Part shown: in pieces, positions 37,780-47,719 of the stretch
Position numbering within the stretch: position 1 is the first letter of the stretch
How the letters are laid out: the number at the start of each line of letters is the position of its first letter
Origin: Patescibacteria group bacterium
GTDB lineage: Bacteria; Patescibacteriota; Dojkabacteria; J137
Length of the DNA: 64,000 bases
Direction of reading: 5' to 3'
Assembly: GCA_963169855.1 (NCBI GenBank)
Contig: CAUJCN010000002.1
Span: 5,508 to 69,507, forward strand
Made by a program: the position numbers and the translations under genes
Notes under the pieces: model-generated
What the model was told of the DNA's origin: nothing
The model's database searches: none
What the model saw: the letters and a program-made list of their open reading frames with translations, nothing else

Positions 37780-38463
37780 TTAGTTAGGAGTTTGAATAAT
37801 TTGAATGCTGTCGAAGTACTCGAATACTTCATCGAAGTTATGTGCGATATAGTCTGCCTTTACTGTAACTGACGGTCTACTTATGTTTTCAACAAATGCA
37901 ACGAATTTTTCTGCTGAGCCTTTTTCTCTGATTTGGTAATCTGTAAAGCCATCTCCAACTGCAACAAAGTAACCACTAAAATCAAAATTCTGAACAACTT
38001 TTACCTTACCTAATGCATCAGCTAATAGGTTTGTTGTGTCGAATCCATTTGAGTTTCCTTTTTCATCAAAAGTAAATTCATTGGCGTAAATGTTTTCAGA
38101 CTTTATTCCATAACCGTCAAGTGCAGGGATAATGAAATCCTTGAATCCTCCAGAAACTACTATAATTTCATCAGATCTTTTTATTATTCGATCCTTGTTA
38201 TTAACAAACGAATCTGTAAAGTTTGATCTTAATACATCAATCAGTTTACCGAGGTCAACTTTATTGAAAGATAAGATTTCCATTCTTCGGCTCAAAGATT
38301 CTTTAAAATCAATTTCACCTTTCATTCCCAACTCAGTAATCCAAGCAATTTGATTAGATATATCATTTGAACCGTTCTTTTGGTCAACAATCTTTGCTAG
38401 CTCATCCAGAGCTTCAAGTTTGTTTATTGTGCTATCAAAATCTATTATTAAATACTTTTTCAT
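37780..38463 (-). CDS. serB: HAD-IB phosphoserine phosphatase-like protein
   Basis: DFDST, EALDELA, GMKGEIDF.ESL..R, VSGGF, GDGFTD. Confidence 0.75.
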   Translation of the reverse strand: MKKYLIIDFDSTINKLEALDELAKIVDQKNGSNDISNQIAWITELGMKGEIDFKESLSRRMEILSFNKVDLGKLIDVLRSNFTDSFVNNKDRIIKRSDEIIVVSGGFKDFIIPALDGYGIKSENIYANEFTFDEKGNSNGFDTTNLLADALGKVKVVQNFDFSGYFVAVGDGFTDYQIREKGSAEKFVAFVENISRPSVTVKADYIAHNFDEVFEYFDSIQIIQTPN

Positions 38464-38614
38464 ATTTTATTCTGGTTTACATATTACTAAATCTAAATTA
38501 AATAGTATATATAGTGCCTAAGAGCTTTGATGGATTGACAGTAAAAGAAATTTTCATTGTTGACTGCAGGTAAAAATTTTCGAATTTCTTTACAGAATAA
38601 TGTAAAATTCGAAA

Positions 38615-39526
38615 ATGGAGATTCCGGAAGAATTACAAAAACTCTATTCCCATTGGGAAAAGCACTCAAACTTTAAAATTGACAAGCCGCATAACTCCAT
38701 CATAGACTTTTCTCTGCTTTCTCAAATTGAGTTATTCATTTCAGAGAGAATGTATGTGTGGGAAAAGAAAATCTCAAACTCCCCAAAACCGTTCACATCT
38801 GATCAGATTTTATCCAACTATAGATTCTGTAATATTTATAGAGAGCTCGATAAGCAAACTATTACTATTCATAAGGACATTTCAAATTTAAAGAGTAATT
38901 TTGATTTGTGGCTTTTAAATTTAGCTTTTCATAGATTTGTATGTAGACCCGAAACTATATCAGAGGTAGGCCACTTGTCTTTTGACGACTCTAACAATAG
39001 AAAAGTTTTCGATAATCTGAGTAAACATTCGCGTCCGAAATACGGAACAGCATACATCTTCCCAATAAGTACCATTCAACGGAGTAAATATACAACCAGA
39101 GAGGAATTCTTCTGTTTTTATTTACCATTAGTAATTCCAGAAATCTCTGAATTACTTCAAAGTTTCGAAAACAAAACTGTAAATTCGTCATTAAAAGAAA
39201 TACTACCTTTATTTAAGTTCAATTTGAAATTCCACTGGACTGAAATATTGATTGATGTTGCTTATCAATTTCCTGAACTAATCAACCTATTTGAAGATTT
39301 TCATGTAGGTCCAGGAGCAATACCAACTTTACAAAGATTGGTTAAATCAAATGATATAAATTCAGGGTTGAATGAACTTCCGAATATCGAACTAAAATCC
39401 TTTCCCTATCTAACCTTGAATGATAGAAAAGTGCCTCTTTCTGCAGAGAACTGGGAAGGAATAGGATGTGAGTTTAGAAAATATACTAACTTGAAAAAAG
39501 GAGCTGGTAGAAAAAGAAGATTTTAA
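38615..39526 (+). CDS. aGPT-Pplase1 / 5-hmdU DNA kinase helical-domain family protein (DNA base hypermodification-associated)
   Basis: ER..VW.KK...PKPFTSDQILSNYRFCNIYRELD, AY, VGPGA, C-terminal E...CEFRKY. Confidence 0.75.
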   Translation: MEIPEELQKLYSHWEKHSNFKIDKPHNSIIDFSLLSQIELFISERMYVWEKKISNSPKPFTSDQILSNYRFCNIYRELDKQTITIHKDISNLKSNFDLWLLNLAFHRFVCRPETISEVGHLSFDDSNNRKVFDNLSKHSRPKYGTAYIFPISTIQRSKYTTREEFFCFYLPLVIPEISELLQSFENKTVNSSLKEILPLFKFNLKFHWTEILIDVAYQFPELINLFEDFHVGPGAIPTLQRLVKSNDINSGLNELPNIELKSFPYLTLNDRKVPLSAENWEGIGCEFRKYTNLKKGAGRKRRF

Positions 39527-39537
39527 GTATATACTTA

Positions 39538-39609
39538 CTGGGACGGCAGGACTCGAACCTGCAACCTTGTCGTTAACAGCGACTTGCTCAACCATTGAGC
39601 TACATCCCA
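39538..39609 (-). tRNA. tRNA-Asn(GTT)
   Basis: Cloverleaf TGGGATG...GTCG-CTGTTAA-CGAC...GGTTCGAGTCC...CGTCCCA-G; CCA not encoded. Confidence 0.95.
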
Positions 39610-39667
39610 ATTAGCTTGAAAAGATTATACATCAAATCGGTTCAAAACCAAATGGGAATAATCGGTA

Positions 39668-40354
39668 TTAAGCTTCGATCTGATTGCAAATATCGTCGAA
39701 TAGAATTCGTTCACTAACTGTACAATCTGCAGTTCCGTAAGTTGCAGTAATTACTTCTCTAAGACCTGGGCTCGCAAACTTGTTTACTAAATAGGCATAA
39801 ACAACTTCGCTTGTGATTTTTATTTTTGGTCTACCAACGTCTAACTCCGCTGTATCCGGTTTTTGGTATGCTCCAACGTAAGAGCTAAGAATAAACTCAA
39901 CAAGTGCTTTAAAGTTGTTATTTACAGATCTTTTTCTTAAGAGATCTATTGCAGCTGATAAGAAGACATTACTGCAAAGAATTTCTAACAAATCTTCGTC
40001 CAAATTTTCAACTTTGGGTAACTTATACACCAAGTCAGTTTCTGCTGTAACGCTAAAATTTGTTGTGTTACGAGTTGAAATCTTAGATAAAATTTCACCT
40101 GGAGTTCTAGCACCAATATAGTTAGCTGCTTCACTAAAAAGTTCAATCAGAAGATCAACTTTTATTTCATCAGTAATACCACAACCATTTTGAAGAAAAA
40201 CCTTAAATTTGTTTGCGATTGATACTAAAGATTCAATAGGAGAAACAAAAGTTTTTTGTTCTTCTGTTGCAATTGCTGATAAATAAGGAATGTTACTATC
40301 AATCAATGACTGTAGCTCATCTCTTGATAACTCTTCTTGTGTTACCTGTTCCAT
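39668..40354 (-). CDS. Hypothetical protein
   Basis: Long ORF; ATG at 40354 preferred. Confidence 0.6.
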   Translation of the reverse strand: MEQVTQEELSRDELQSLIDSNIPYLSAIATEEQKTFVSPIESLVSIANKFKVFLQNGCGITDEIKVDLLIELFSEAANYIGARTPGEILSKISTRNTTNFSVTAETDLVYKLPKVENLDEDLLEILCSNVFLSAAIDLLRKRSVNNNFKALVEFILSSYVGAYQKPDTAELDVGRPKIKITSEVVYAYLVNKFASPGLREVITATYGTADCTVSERILFDDICNQIEA

Positions 40355-40487
40355 AAAATTATTTTTAAACAAACTATATTGTACACTATCGTCACTTTTT
40401 GACGACAAAAAGCACTTGGTTGTATTAAGAAGTATTGCTTCGCAAAAAACGTAAACTGAATTATAATGACATGTTTACATTAAAATT

Positions 40488-40682
40488 ATGTTTGATTTCT
40501 TTACTTCAACTGTTGCAATTTGTTGTTGTGGGTTTATTTTCGTTTTGATCGTTATAGCTATTGTTTTAATCCTTTCATATCAAGCTGCTACTAAAAAAAG
40601 TACAAAGCAAGGTGTTAAAAAACAAGGTGAGAAAGAAATTCAGTACGAAGACGCAATATACAGGGATAAGGATACAAACTAG
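40488..40682 (+). CDS. Small single-TM protein
   Basis: CCC, TM helix, basic tail. Confidence 0.6.
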   Translation: MFDFFTSTVAICCCGFIFVLIVIAIVLILSYQAATKKSTKQGVKKQGEKEIQYEDAIYRDKDTN

Positions 40683-40801
40683 AAATTCTAAATCTTAAAT
40701 TCGAAATTATTTGTATTCAGAATTTTGACTTATTGTTCTATAATTTGGCATTTATTCAATAGGTTTCGGATTTATAACTTTATGTTTTTAGTCTTTCTTT
40801 A

Positions 40802-43249
40802 ATGACACCAATGCAGGAACAATACGAAAAGATTAAAGTCGATTATAAAGACTACATCGTATTTTTTCGTCTTGGTGACTTTTACGAAACTTTCGATAAT
40901 GATGCAATTCAAGTTGCGAATATTCTCGGTATTACACTAACAGGTCGTGGGAAGGATGATAATCGAAGACCAATGGCTGGAATCCCCCACCACGCTTTAG
41001 ATAACTACTTACCTAAGCTTTTAGATGCTGGTTGCAAAGTAGCGATTGCTGATCAAGTTGAAGAAGCAACACCTGGAAAATTAGTCGAAAGGCAGATTAC
41101 AAAGATAATTACACCAGGAACAATTACAGACGAAGAATCCCTTCAGAGTGATAAGAGTAATTTTGTAGGCTCTATTTGGATTACAAAGGAAACTAATTAC
41201 CTTACTTACCTCGATGTTAATGGGTCAGAAATCAATGTTTTATCTTCAAAAGATTTAACAGAGTTGATTAACGAAATTCGAAGAGCAAATATCAAAGAAG
41301 TTGTTGTAATTGAAAACCATGAATCTATAGAAACGCTATCTAACAATAATGTCTACCATAATGCATTAAAGAAGAACTTTTTCGATGAAGATGAATGCAC
41401 AAAACTTGTTCAAAATATTTTCGGTGTAAAAACAATAGGAGGATTTGGATTGAAAAACATATCAGATGAATACATAGCAATAGGTTCGCTTTTGAAATAC
41501 GTAAAAGATTGTTTAAGAACTGAACCTATCAACCTAATAAAGATTATTAACATTGTTCAAGATCAATATCTAAAAATGGATATGAACACAATTCGAAATC
41601 TTGAATTGTTCTATACGTCCTCTGGACAAGAAACGCCAACTTTAAATTCAGTAATTAACAAATGTGTAAATCCAGTTGGAAAAAGATCTTTACGAAGTTG
41701 GATTCTACGTCCAATTATCAATCCAGATCAACTAAACTCAAGATACAACAAAACTGAGTACTTTAAAGATAATCGATTTGAATGTGAAGAACTTCAGGAA
41801 ATTTTAAAATCAGTTTCAGATTTGGAAAGAATCAACTCTAGAATAGCACTAATGTCTGCGAATCCCAGGGATCTTCTAGCATTGAAGTATAGCTTGAATA
41901 TGTTCTTACAGTTAGAACAATCACTTGCGATTTCAGGAAGTTTGTTTGAAGATAACATTAAAATATTTGAAAGCAAAATAGAAATTCAATCCGTTGTAGA
42001 TTTAATCGAAAATGCAATTAGTGAAGAATCTTCAGTTGACCTTACAAATGGTGATGTAATTAAAATTGGTTTTAACCCAGAAATCGACGAGATCAAAAGC
42101 ATAACTAAGAATTCAAAAGATCATTTAAACAAAATTCAAGTTAGAGAAGTCGAACGAACTGGAATATCTACTCTGAAAGTTTCATTCAACAGTGTTTTTG
42201 GATACTACATCGAAGTTACAAAAAGTCATATTGCAAAAGTTCCTGAGGATTATATTAGAAAACAAACTCTAGCAAACGCAGAAAGGTACATCACACAAGA
42301 ACTTAAAGAACTAGAAGAAAAAATCCTATCAGCAAACGACAAATTAGTTAAACTTGAAGTCGAAGTCTACAAAACCATTTTAGAAAAGTTAGGAAAGTCT
42401 AAGTTACTAATCGCTGATATTGCAAAAATAGTTTCTGAATTAGATATTTATTCATCTCTTGGAAAGCTTGCAAGAGAAAATAATTATGTAAAACCTCAAA
42501 TCAAAGACTCTTCGAAAATTATTGATGGACGGCATCCAGTAATAGAAGATATTCTCAATGAATTCGTTCCAAATAATTTCGAAGTCTCAAGCGGCAAATG
42601 TATTAATTTAATCACTGGGCCAAACATGTCTGGAAAATCTACTTTCATCAGGCAAGTTGCATTAATTTACCTAATGGCACAAATTGGTTCATTCGTTCCA
42701 GCTAAAGAATTTACATTCACACCTGTAGATAAAATTTATTCCAGAGTTGGTGCTTCTGATAACCTTTCTCGTGGTGAATCTACATTTATGGTTGAGATGG
42801 TCGAAACAGCAAATATTTTGAATAATGCAACAAAGAATTCCTTAGTTATTTTGGACGAAGTTGGAAGAGGAACAAGTACGTATGATGGAGTTGCAATCGC
42901 TTGGTCAATTGTTGAGTATCTTTCAGACAAAGTTAAGCCAATCACATTATTTGCAACTCACTACCATGAGCTTACAGATATGGAGAAACTTCGAGATAAC
43001 ATAAAGAATCTCTCAGTCAGTGTTCACGATGATGGAAAAGAAATTGTATTCACTCACAAAATTATTGAAGGAAAAGCAAATAAAAGCTATGGAATTCACG
43101 TTGCAGAAATGGCTGGAGTTCCTAAAGATGTTGTAAAAAGAGCAAAAGAAATTTTGAATAAGTTTGAAACGCAACCTAAAACAAACTCTTCGACAAGCTC
43201 AGAGCGACTTCCAAGAAAGCCAGATACCGAACAATTGGGTCTTTTATAA
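40802..43249 (+). CDS. mutS: DNA mismatch repair protein MutS
   Basis: TPMQEQY, FRLGDFYE, TGPNMSGKST, STFMVEM, DEVGRGT, FATHY. Confidence 0.98.
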   Translation: MTPMQEQYEKIKVDYKDYIVFFRLGDFYETFDNDAIQVANILGITLTGRGKDDNRRPMAGIPHHALDNYLPKLLDAGCKVAIADQVEEATPGKLVERQITKIITPGTITDEESLQSDKSNFVGSIWITKETNYLTYLDVNGSEINVLSSKDLTELINEIRRANIKEVVVIENHESIETLSNNNVYHNALKKNFFDEDECTKLVQNIFGVKTIGGFGLKNISDEYIAIGSLLKYVKDCLRTEPINLIKIINIVQDQYLKMDMNTIRNLELFYTSSGQETPTLNSVINKCVNPVGKRSLRSWILRPIINPDQLNSRYNKTEYFKDNRFECEELQEILKSVSDLERINSRIALMSANPRDLLALKYSLNMFLQLEQSLAISGSLFEDNIKIFESKIEIQSVVDLIENAISEESSVDLTNGDVIKIGFNPEIDEIKSITKNSKDHLNKIQVREVERTGISTLKVSFNSVFGYYIEVTKSHIAKVPEDYIRKQTLANAERYITQELKELEEKILSANDKLVKLEVEVYKTILEKLGKSKLLIADIAKIVSELDIYSSLGKLARENNYVKPQIKDSSKIIDGRHPVIEDILNEFVPNNFEVSSGKCINLITGPNMSGKSTFIRQVALIYLMAQIGSFVPAKEFTFTPVDKIYSRVGASDNLSRGESTFMVEMVETANILNNATKNSLVILDEVGRGTSTYDGVAIAWSIVEYLSDKVKPITLFATHYHELTDMEKLRDNIKNLSVSVHDDGKEIVFTHKIIEGKANKSYGIHVAEMAGVPKDVVKRAKEILNKFETQPKTNSSTSSERLPRKPDTEQLGLL
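43186..43208. repeat. REP-like palindrome, family A, inside the mutS 3' end
   Basis: CTCTTCGACAAGCTCAGAGCGAC encodes SSTSSER. Confidence 0.7.
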
Positions 43250-44233
43250 ACCTAACCCAACTTTAATCTTCTCCCAATTTTGCAGAATATTTATAAACGC
43301 AAAGCTGATAATTATTAATCCTGAGGCTTTGTAAAAAGTTGGCTGCATAAACTTAACAGATACGAAACTAATTACGGACAAAACAGGCAATGTTCCTAAG
43401 GCAAAAACCGCCATAATCAAAGCTCCTGTAAGAAAAGATCCAGAGGCAATTGCTGTAAATTGAGCAGCCTGTGTAAATCCACACGGAAGAATGAACGTTA
43501 TTGCTCCGGCAGCTATTGCAGATAAGTTATCAATTGAACTTGTCGTCTTACTCAAAAGATTAATTGATTTTGCTCCAAATCGTTTAGCTATTCCAAAATT
43601 GAAAATCTTAGCACCAAGCAAGTTGAATCCAAGAACTATAAAAACTACGAACAATACAATATCAACAACACTTTGAAATCCCAAAGTTGGTCTCAGAACG
43701 CTTCCTACAGCGCCAATCAAACCTCCTAAAACAAAGAATGCGACTAAACGCGAAACATGAAAAGAGAATATTGGTAAAATTTTTCCATTCTTAGAAAACT
43801 GTGAAGAAATACTCAACGCAATTCCCCCAACAACAGCCATACAAGTCGAAACCGAAGCAATAACTCCGATTATAAAAATACTCATGTAGTTAACTTCACC
43901 TTGAAAGTTGAAATCTACTTTTAACAAGTTCTGAAGAATTACGTAAATTGAGATTACAGATATACAAATCATTATTGCATCGAACCATTCTTTGGATTTA
44001 TTTCTTTTTCCAACAATTCCTGATTCCATTTTGTAACCATTTCTTTCGAGAATGTCTACAATTTTTGTCTTTATATCTTTTATTTTTTCATCTTCGTAGT
44101 TGACAACCACTTCATCTTTAGACTTTGAGTAGTTTATAGCAACAACTCCATCTAACGCCTTCACTTCTCTTTCGATAATTATTTCGCAAGCAGCACAGTG
44201 GATGCCTTCGATTTTAAATTTATATTCATTCAT
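43244..44233 (-). CDS. Heavy-metal-associated domain plus DsbD_2/TauE-like membrane protein
   Basis: GIHCAAC (HMA); STCMAVVGG, LPCGF and FALGTLP TM motifs. Confidence 0.85.
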   Translation of the reverse strand: MNEYKFKIEGIHCAACEIIIEREVKALDGVVAINYSKSKDEVVVNYEDEKIKDIKTKIVDILERNGYKMESGIVGKRNKSKEWFDAIMICISVISIYVILQNLLKVDFNFQGEVNYMSIFIIGVIASVSTCMAVVGGIALSISSQFSKNGKILPIFSFHVSRLVAFFVLGGLIGAVGSVLRPTLGFQSVVDIVLFVVFIVLGFNLLGAKIFNFGIAKRFGAKSINLLSKTTSSIDNLSAIAAGAITFILPCGFTQAAQFTAIASGSFLTGALIMAVFALGTLPVLSVISFVSVKFMQPTFYKASGLIIISFAFINILQNWEKIKVGLGL

Positions 44234-44300
44234 ATTTAATTTATCATACACAAAGTTTTAAACTTGTACTATTCGAACTAAATTATTACAATTGTCCAGT

Positions 44301-45209
44301 ATGCAATTTAGGAAAAACCACATCACAATCACATTCATAATACTTTTGATCCTTGGAGGTATTACAATATATTTTGTAAATAAGACTCTCAATTCAAATA
44401 TTGTAACTCAGTATAAAGGATTTACAATAGACGAAAAGAAAAGTACTTACGAAAATTTATCATCTATTCCTGAGTTTTCATTGTTCTTAGATAGCGTTGC
44501 TAGAACAAGAATGGATTTTTTATTGAAAACTGAACCAGAGATTTTAACTTTAGCTGTTGTAAACGAAGGATTCGCTTCGATATCTCCTGAACAAACCGCT
44601 AAACTACAAACTCCTGAACAACTTCATAAATTGGAGAAAATTGTTCAGCTGCATTTTGTAAGAATGACAGGAGTTGATCTAAACAAGCTTGGAGATTTAA
44701 CAACAATTGGTGGGCAAAAAATTAGAGTTACTTCTCAAGACGGGACATATTCTATCCGTGATTCTGTAGGAAACACTTTTAAATTCGACAAATCCGTTTA
44801 TAAAACAGCAAATGGGTATTTTGTAAAACTAGATCAGATTCTGTTACCTACAAACGTTTCTTTCGCTAATGGTGTTCAAATTGAGCTTGATGAGACAATT
44901 GTCGAAAATGTAGATTTATTTGCGGGGAAAGAAAAGTGGACAGATGAACAAGACGCAAAATTGAAAAGCGATAACATTACGTACCTATTTTCTGAGGAGA
45001 TTGCTGAAGGAAAAACAATTGAAGACTATATATTAGTAGGGAAATATTCTGTATTTCAAATTGCAAATTTCACAGAAGTTAGATCTGCAACAGGATTAAC
45101 TTTACCAGTTACTGTGAGTGAAAACGAAATTAAAATTGGCGATCTCACAGTTGTTCCAGTACTCAATAACATAGAATCCAAAAACGGATTCATCCATTTT
45201 GTAAGATAA
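44301..45209 (+). CDS. Fasciclin (FAS1) domain surface protein
   Basis: TM, then TLAVVNEGF, LHFV, TANGYFVKLDQILLP and a second degenerate repeat ending SKNGFIHFV. Confidence 0.75.
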   Translation: MQFRKNHITITFIILLILGGITIYFVNKTLNSNIVTQYKGFTIDEKKSTYENLSSIPEFSLFLDSVARTRMDFLLKTEPEILTLAVVNEGFASISPEQTAKLQTPEQLHKLEKIVQLHFVRMTGVDLNKLGDLTTIGGQKIRVTSQDGTYSIRDSVGNTFKFDKSVYKTANGYFVKLDQILLPTNVSFANGVQIELDETIVENVDLFAGKEKWTDEQDAKLKSDNITYLFSEEIAEGKTIEDYILVGKYSVFQIANFTEVRSATGLTLPVTVSENEIKIGDLTVVPVLNNIESKNGFIHFVR

Positions 45210-45270
45210 CTTTCCTTAGTTGTACACTAAGCTCTACTTTATGTCATAATGGTATATTTACAAAATAACT

Positions 45271-46272
45271 ATGCTTAATACAATAACTACAGCAATATTA
45301 ATCGGATTTTTCGCAACAGCAATTTGGGCTCCGATATTAATTCAACTTTTATACAAGATGAATTTAGTTGTGAAAACAATCATGATGCCTGATCGTTCTA
45401 ACGAGGAATTTATGAAAATTCATGGACACAAATTTGGCACACCAACATTAGGTGGATTAATGATTTCCGTAACAGTAGCGATTGTATCTTTGTTTTTGAT
45501 TCCTGAACCGAATCTAAGATTAGTTTTCATTCTTCCTTTCGTTATTTATACAATTTACGGATTGGCTGAGGGAATGTTAACTTACGGTAGAAAGTTAAGT
45601 ACTAGATTAAAAGCTTTAGATAATAGTTTCGGTGTCAGATTAGGTAAACTTGTTCTACTATACTTAATTACTTTGCTTCCGCTAATTTTGCTTCAAAATC
45701 ACTACGGATTAAATAGCATTACATTCCTTGGAATAATTATTCCAGTCAATGCAGTTTCAATAATTATTGGATCGCTGTTCATGGTTTTTGCTATCTATGG
45801 AATGGAAATCATTGATGGTGCTGATGGCTTAGCAACTGGATTGTTCTTAATAGCGTTGGCTGCCTATATTGTTATTTCTGCAGCAACTGGTCATACAGAA
45901 TTACTTCCAATAATTGGTCTATTGATTGGTTCTTGTATTGTGTATTTGTACTTCAACATAAACCCAGCTAGAGTTTTCATGGGAGGAACGGGAACATTCC
46001 CAATCGCTTATTCTCTTTTGATGTTTGCTCTGATAACTAACACCGTAGATATTTTCTTTATAATGGGATTGGCTTTCTGGGCGGAAGTAACTTCCAGCTT
46101 CTTGCAAATTTTCTCGATGAAATTTTTAAAGAAAAAATTATTCAGAATTGCACCAATCCATCACTATTTCGAAGCTATTGGTTGGCCAGAAACAAAAATG
46201 GTGCAAAGATTTTGGTTGGCAGGAATTTGTTTTGCTTTACTATCACTTTGGATTTTCTCTGTAACCAGGTAA
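45271..46272 (+). CDS. mraY: Phospho-N-acetylmuramoyl-pentapeptide transferase (MraY family)
   Basis: K.GTPTLGG, DGADGL, FNINPARVFMG, APIHHYFE. Confidence 0.85.
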   Translation: MLNTITTAILIGFFATAIWAPILIQLLYKMNLVVKTIMMPDRSNEEFMKIHGHKFGTPTLGGLMISVTVAIVSLFLIPEPNLRLVFILPFVIYTIYGLAEGMLTYGRKLSTRLKALDNSFGVRLGKLVLLYLITLLPLILLQNHYGLNSITFLGIIIPVNAVSIIIGSLFMVFAIYGMEIIDGADGLATGLFLIALAAYIVISAATGHTELLPIIGLLIGSCIVYLYFNINPARVFMGGTGTFPIAYSLLMFALITNTVDIFFIMGLAFWAEVTSSFLQIFSMKFLKKKLFRIAPIHHYFEAIGWPETKMVQRFWLAGICFALLSLWIFSVTR

Positions 46273-46300
46273 ATAACCTCTTGATAGGGTAAAATAGGTT

Positions 46301-47719
46301 ATGACAGAAAGTTTTCTGAAAGTGTTACCACTTGCTTCTTATTTGATTGTGTTACTTACTCCTTTAATTATTTTGGCTATAGATGCCAGGGCTTTTACTT
46401 TCATTTTCTTTCTTTATGTTCTATACGGAATAATAAAATCTGCTAGTTTACTTTTAGGAACGATTGTTGGTTATTATCGCTTCAAATACGAAAGTCGAAT
46501 TAATTGGAAACAGAAACTTCTTAGTACAAATGAATCACTACCAAATCAACTTATAGCAATTCCTGTATACAAGGAAGATTTTTCGATCATAGCGAGATGT
46601 TTGGATTCAATAGTTACTCAAAATTACGATACTGAAAAACTCTTTGTATCTATTTCTATTGAAGAGAATCTAAAGTTTAATCATTTGAAGGAACAGATTT
46701 TGTGTAAGTACGAATCGATATTTAAGAATCGTATACTTGTTGTCCAACACATCCTACAACCAGACGAAGTTAAAGGAGCTGCATCAAATAGAACTTATGC
46801 TGTAAAAGAATTTTTAAGACAAACAGGACTTAAAGTTGAAGATTTTCTAGTAACATCTCCTGATGCTGATACTGTTTTTAACCAACAATACTTCTCTCGA
46901 ATTGCATACCAGTGGATTATCGATGGCTACTCTTATAACGTTTTTTATCAAACTGGAGCTTATAAATTTGACAACAACTTAAGAAAAGTACCTTTGATGG
47001 TTAGAATAGTTTCGATAGGAATTAGCCTTGGAACTTTATCCTCTGCTGTGACAGAAAATAAATACCGTTATACTTTCTCGTGTTTTACAATCCCATTGAG
47101 AACACTTATTGATATTAATTTTTGGGATATTTCGATTTCTATTGATGATACACCTCTTTACTGGAGAGCTTTTGATTATTTTAAAGGAAACTTTGAATGC
47201 AGGACTTTTTATATTCCAATCTCCGTAGATGCTATAGACTCGAAGAATTACTTCGATGCTCACGTTAAGCAATACAGGCAAATTCATCGGTGGGGTTGGG
47301 GTGTCATTGTATTTCCAAGTGCAATAAGAGCTTTGCTGAAAAGCGAAACTAATTTTACAAGAAAGTTAATCTCAACTTTATATTTCTTTGACATTTCAGT
47401 GTTCCTAAAGGCAATGCCAGCAAGTATTATTTTCTATCTACTTTTGATAAACACTTCAAATTTTTTAAGCACAATATCTTACATCAGCTTTGTGTTTCTA
47501 GTCGTAGGAAGTCCATGGGTGTTCAAATTCTCCCTAGAAAATAGTAAGATGTCTTTACTAACGGCATTGACAACAATTTTGTTTTTTTTACCAATGGGTT
47601 TAGTAAATATTTATCTTTATTGCTTAATTCCATTCTTTCATGCTGCAATTGAATTTGCATTTGGAATGAATGTAGTCAATAGAATTAATTGGTCGATAAA
47701 ATTACCAGAAGATGCGTAA
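46301..47719 (+). CDS. Processive-type GT2 glycosyltransferase (membrane)
   Basis: IPVYKE, DAD, DD, QIHRWGWG (QxxRW), flanking TM helices. Confidence 0.85.
   Translation: MTESFLKVLPLASYLIVLLTPLIILAIDARAFTFIFFLYVLYGIIKSASLLLGTIVGYYRFKYESRINWKQKLLSTNESLPNQLIAIPVYKEDFSIIARCLDSIVTQNYDTEKLFVSISIEENLKFNHLKEQILCKYESIFKNRILVVQHILQPDEVKGAASNRTYAVKEFLRQTGLKVEDFLVTSPDADTVFNQQYFSRIAYQWIIDGYSYNVFYQTGAYKFDNNLRKVPLMVRIVSIGISLGTLSSAVTENKYRYTFSCFTIPLRTLIDINFWDISISIDDTPLYWRAFDYFKGNFECRTFYIPISVDAIDSKNYFDAHVKQYRQIHRWGWGVIVFPSAIRALLKSETNFTRKLISTLYFFDISVFLKAMPASIIFYLLLINTSNFLSTISYISFVFLVVGSPWVFKFSLENSKMSLLTALTTILFFLPMGLVNIYLYCLIPFFHAAIEFAFGMNVVNRINWSIKLPEDA

Noticed and set aside
38464-39609. Island integrated at tRNA-Asn
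   Set aside because: No convincing duplicate of the tRNA 3' end and no integrase found
39410-39610. 66-aa ORF
   Set aside because: Translation across tRNA-Asn and antisense to the 38615-39526 gene
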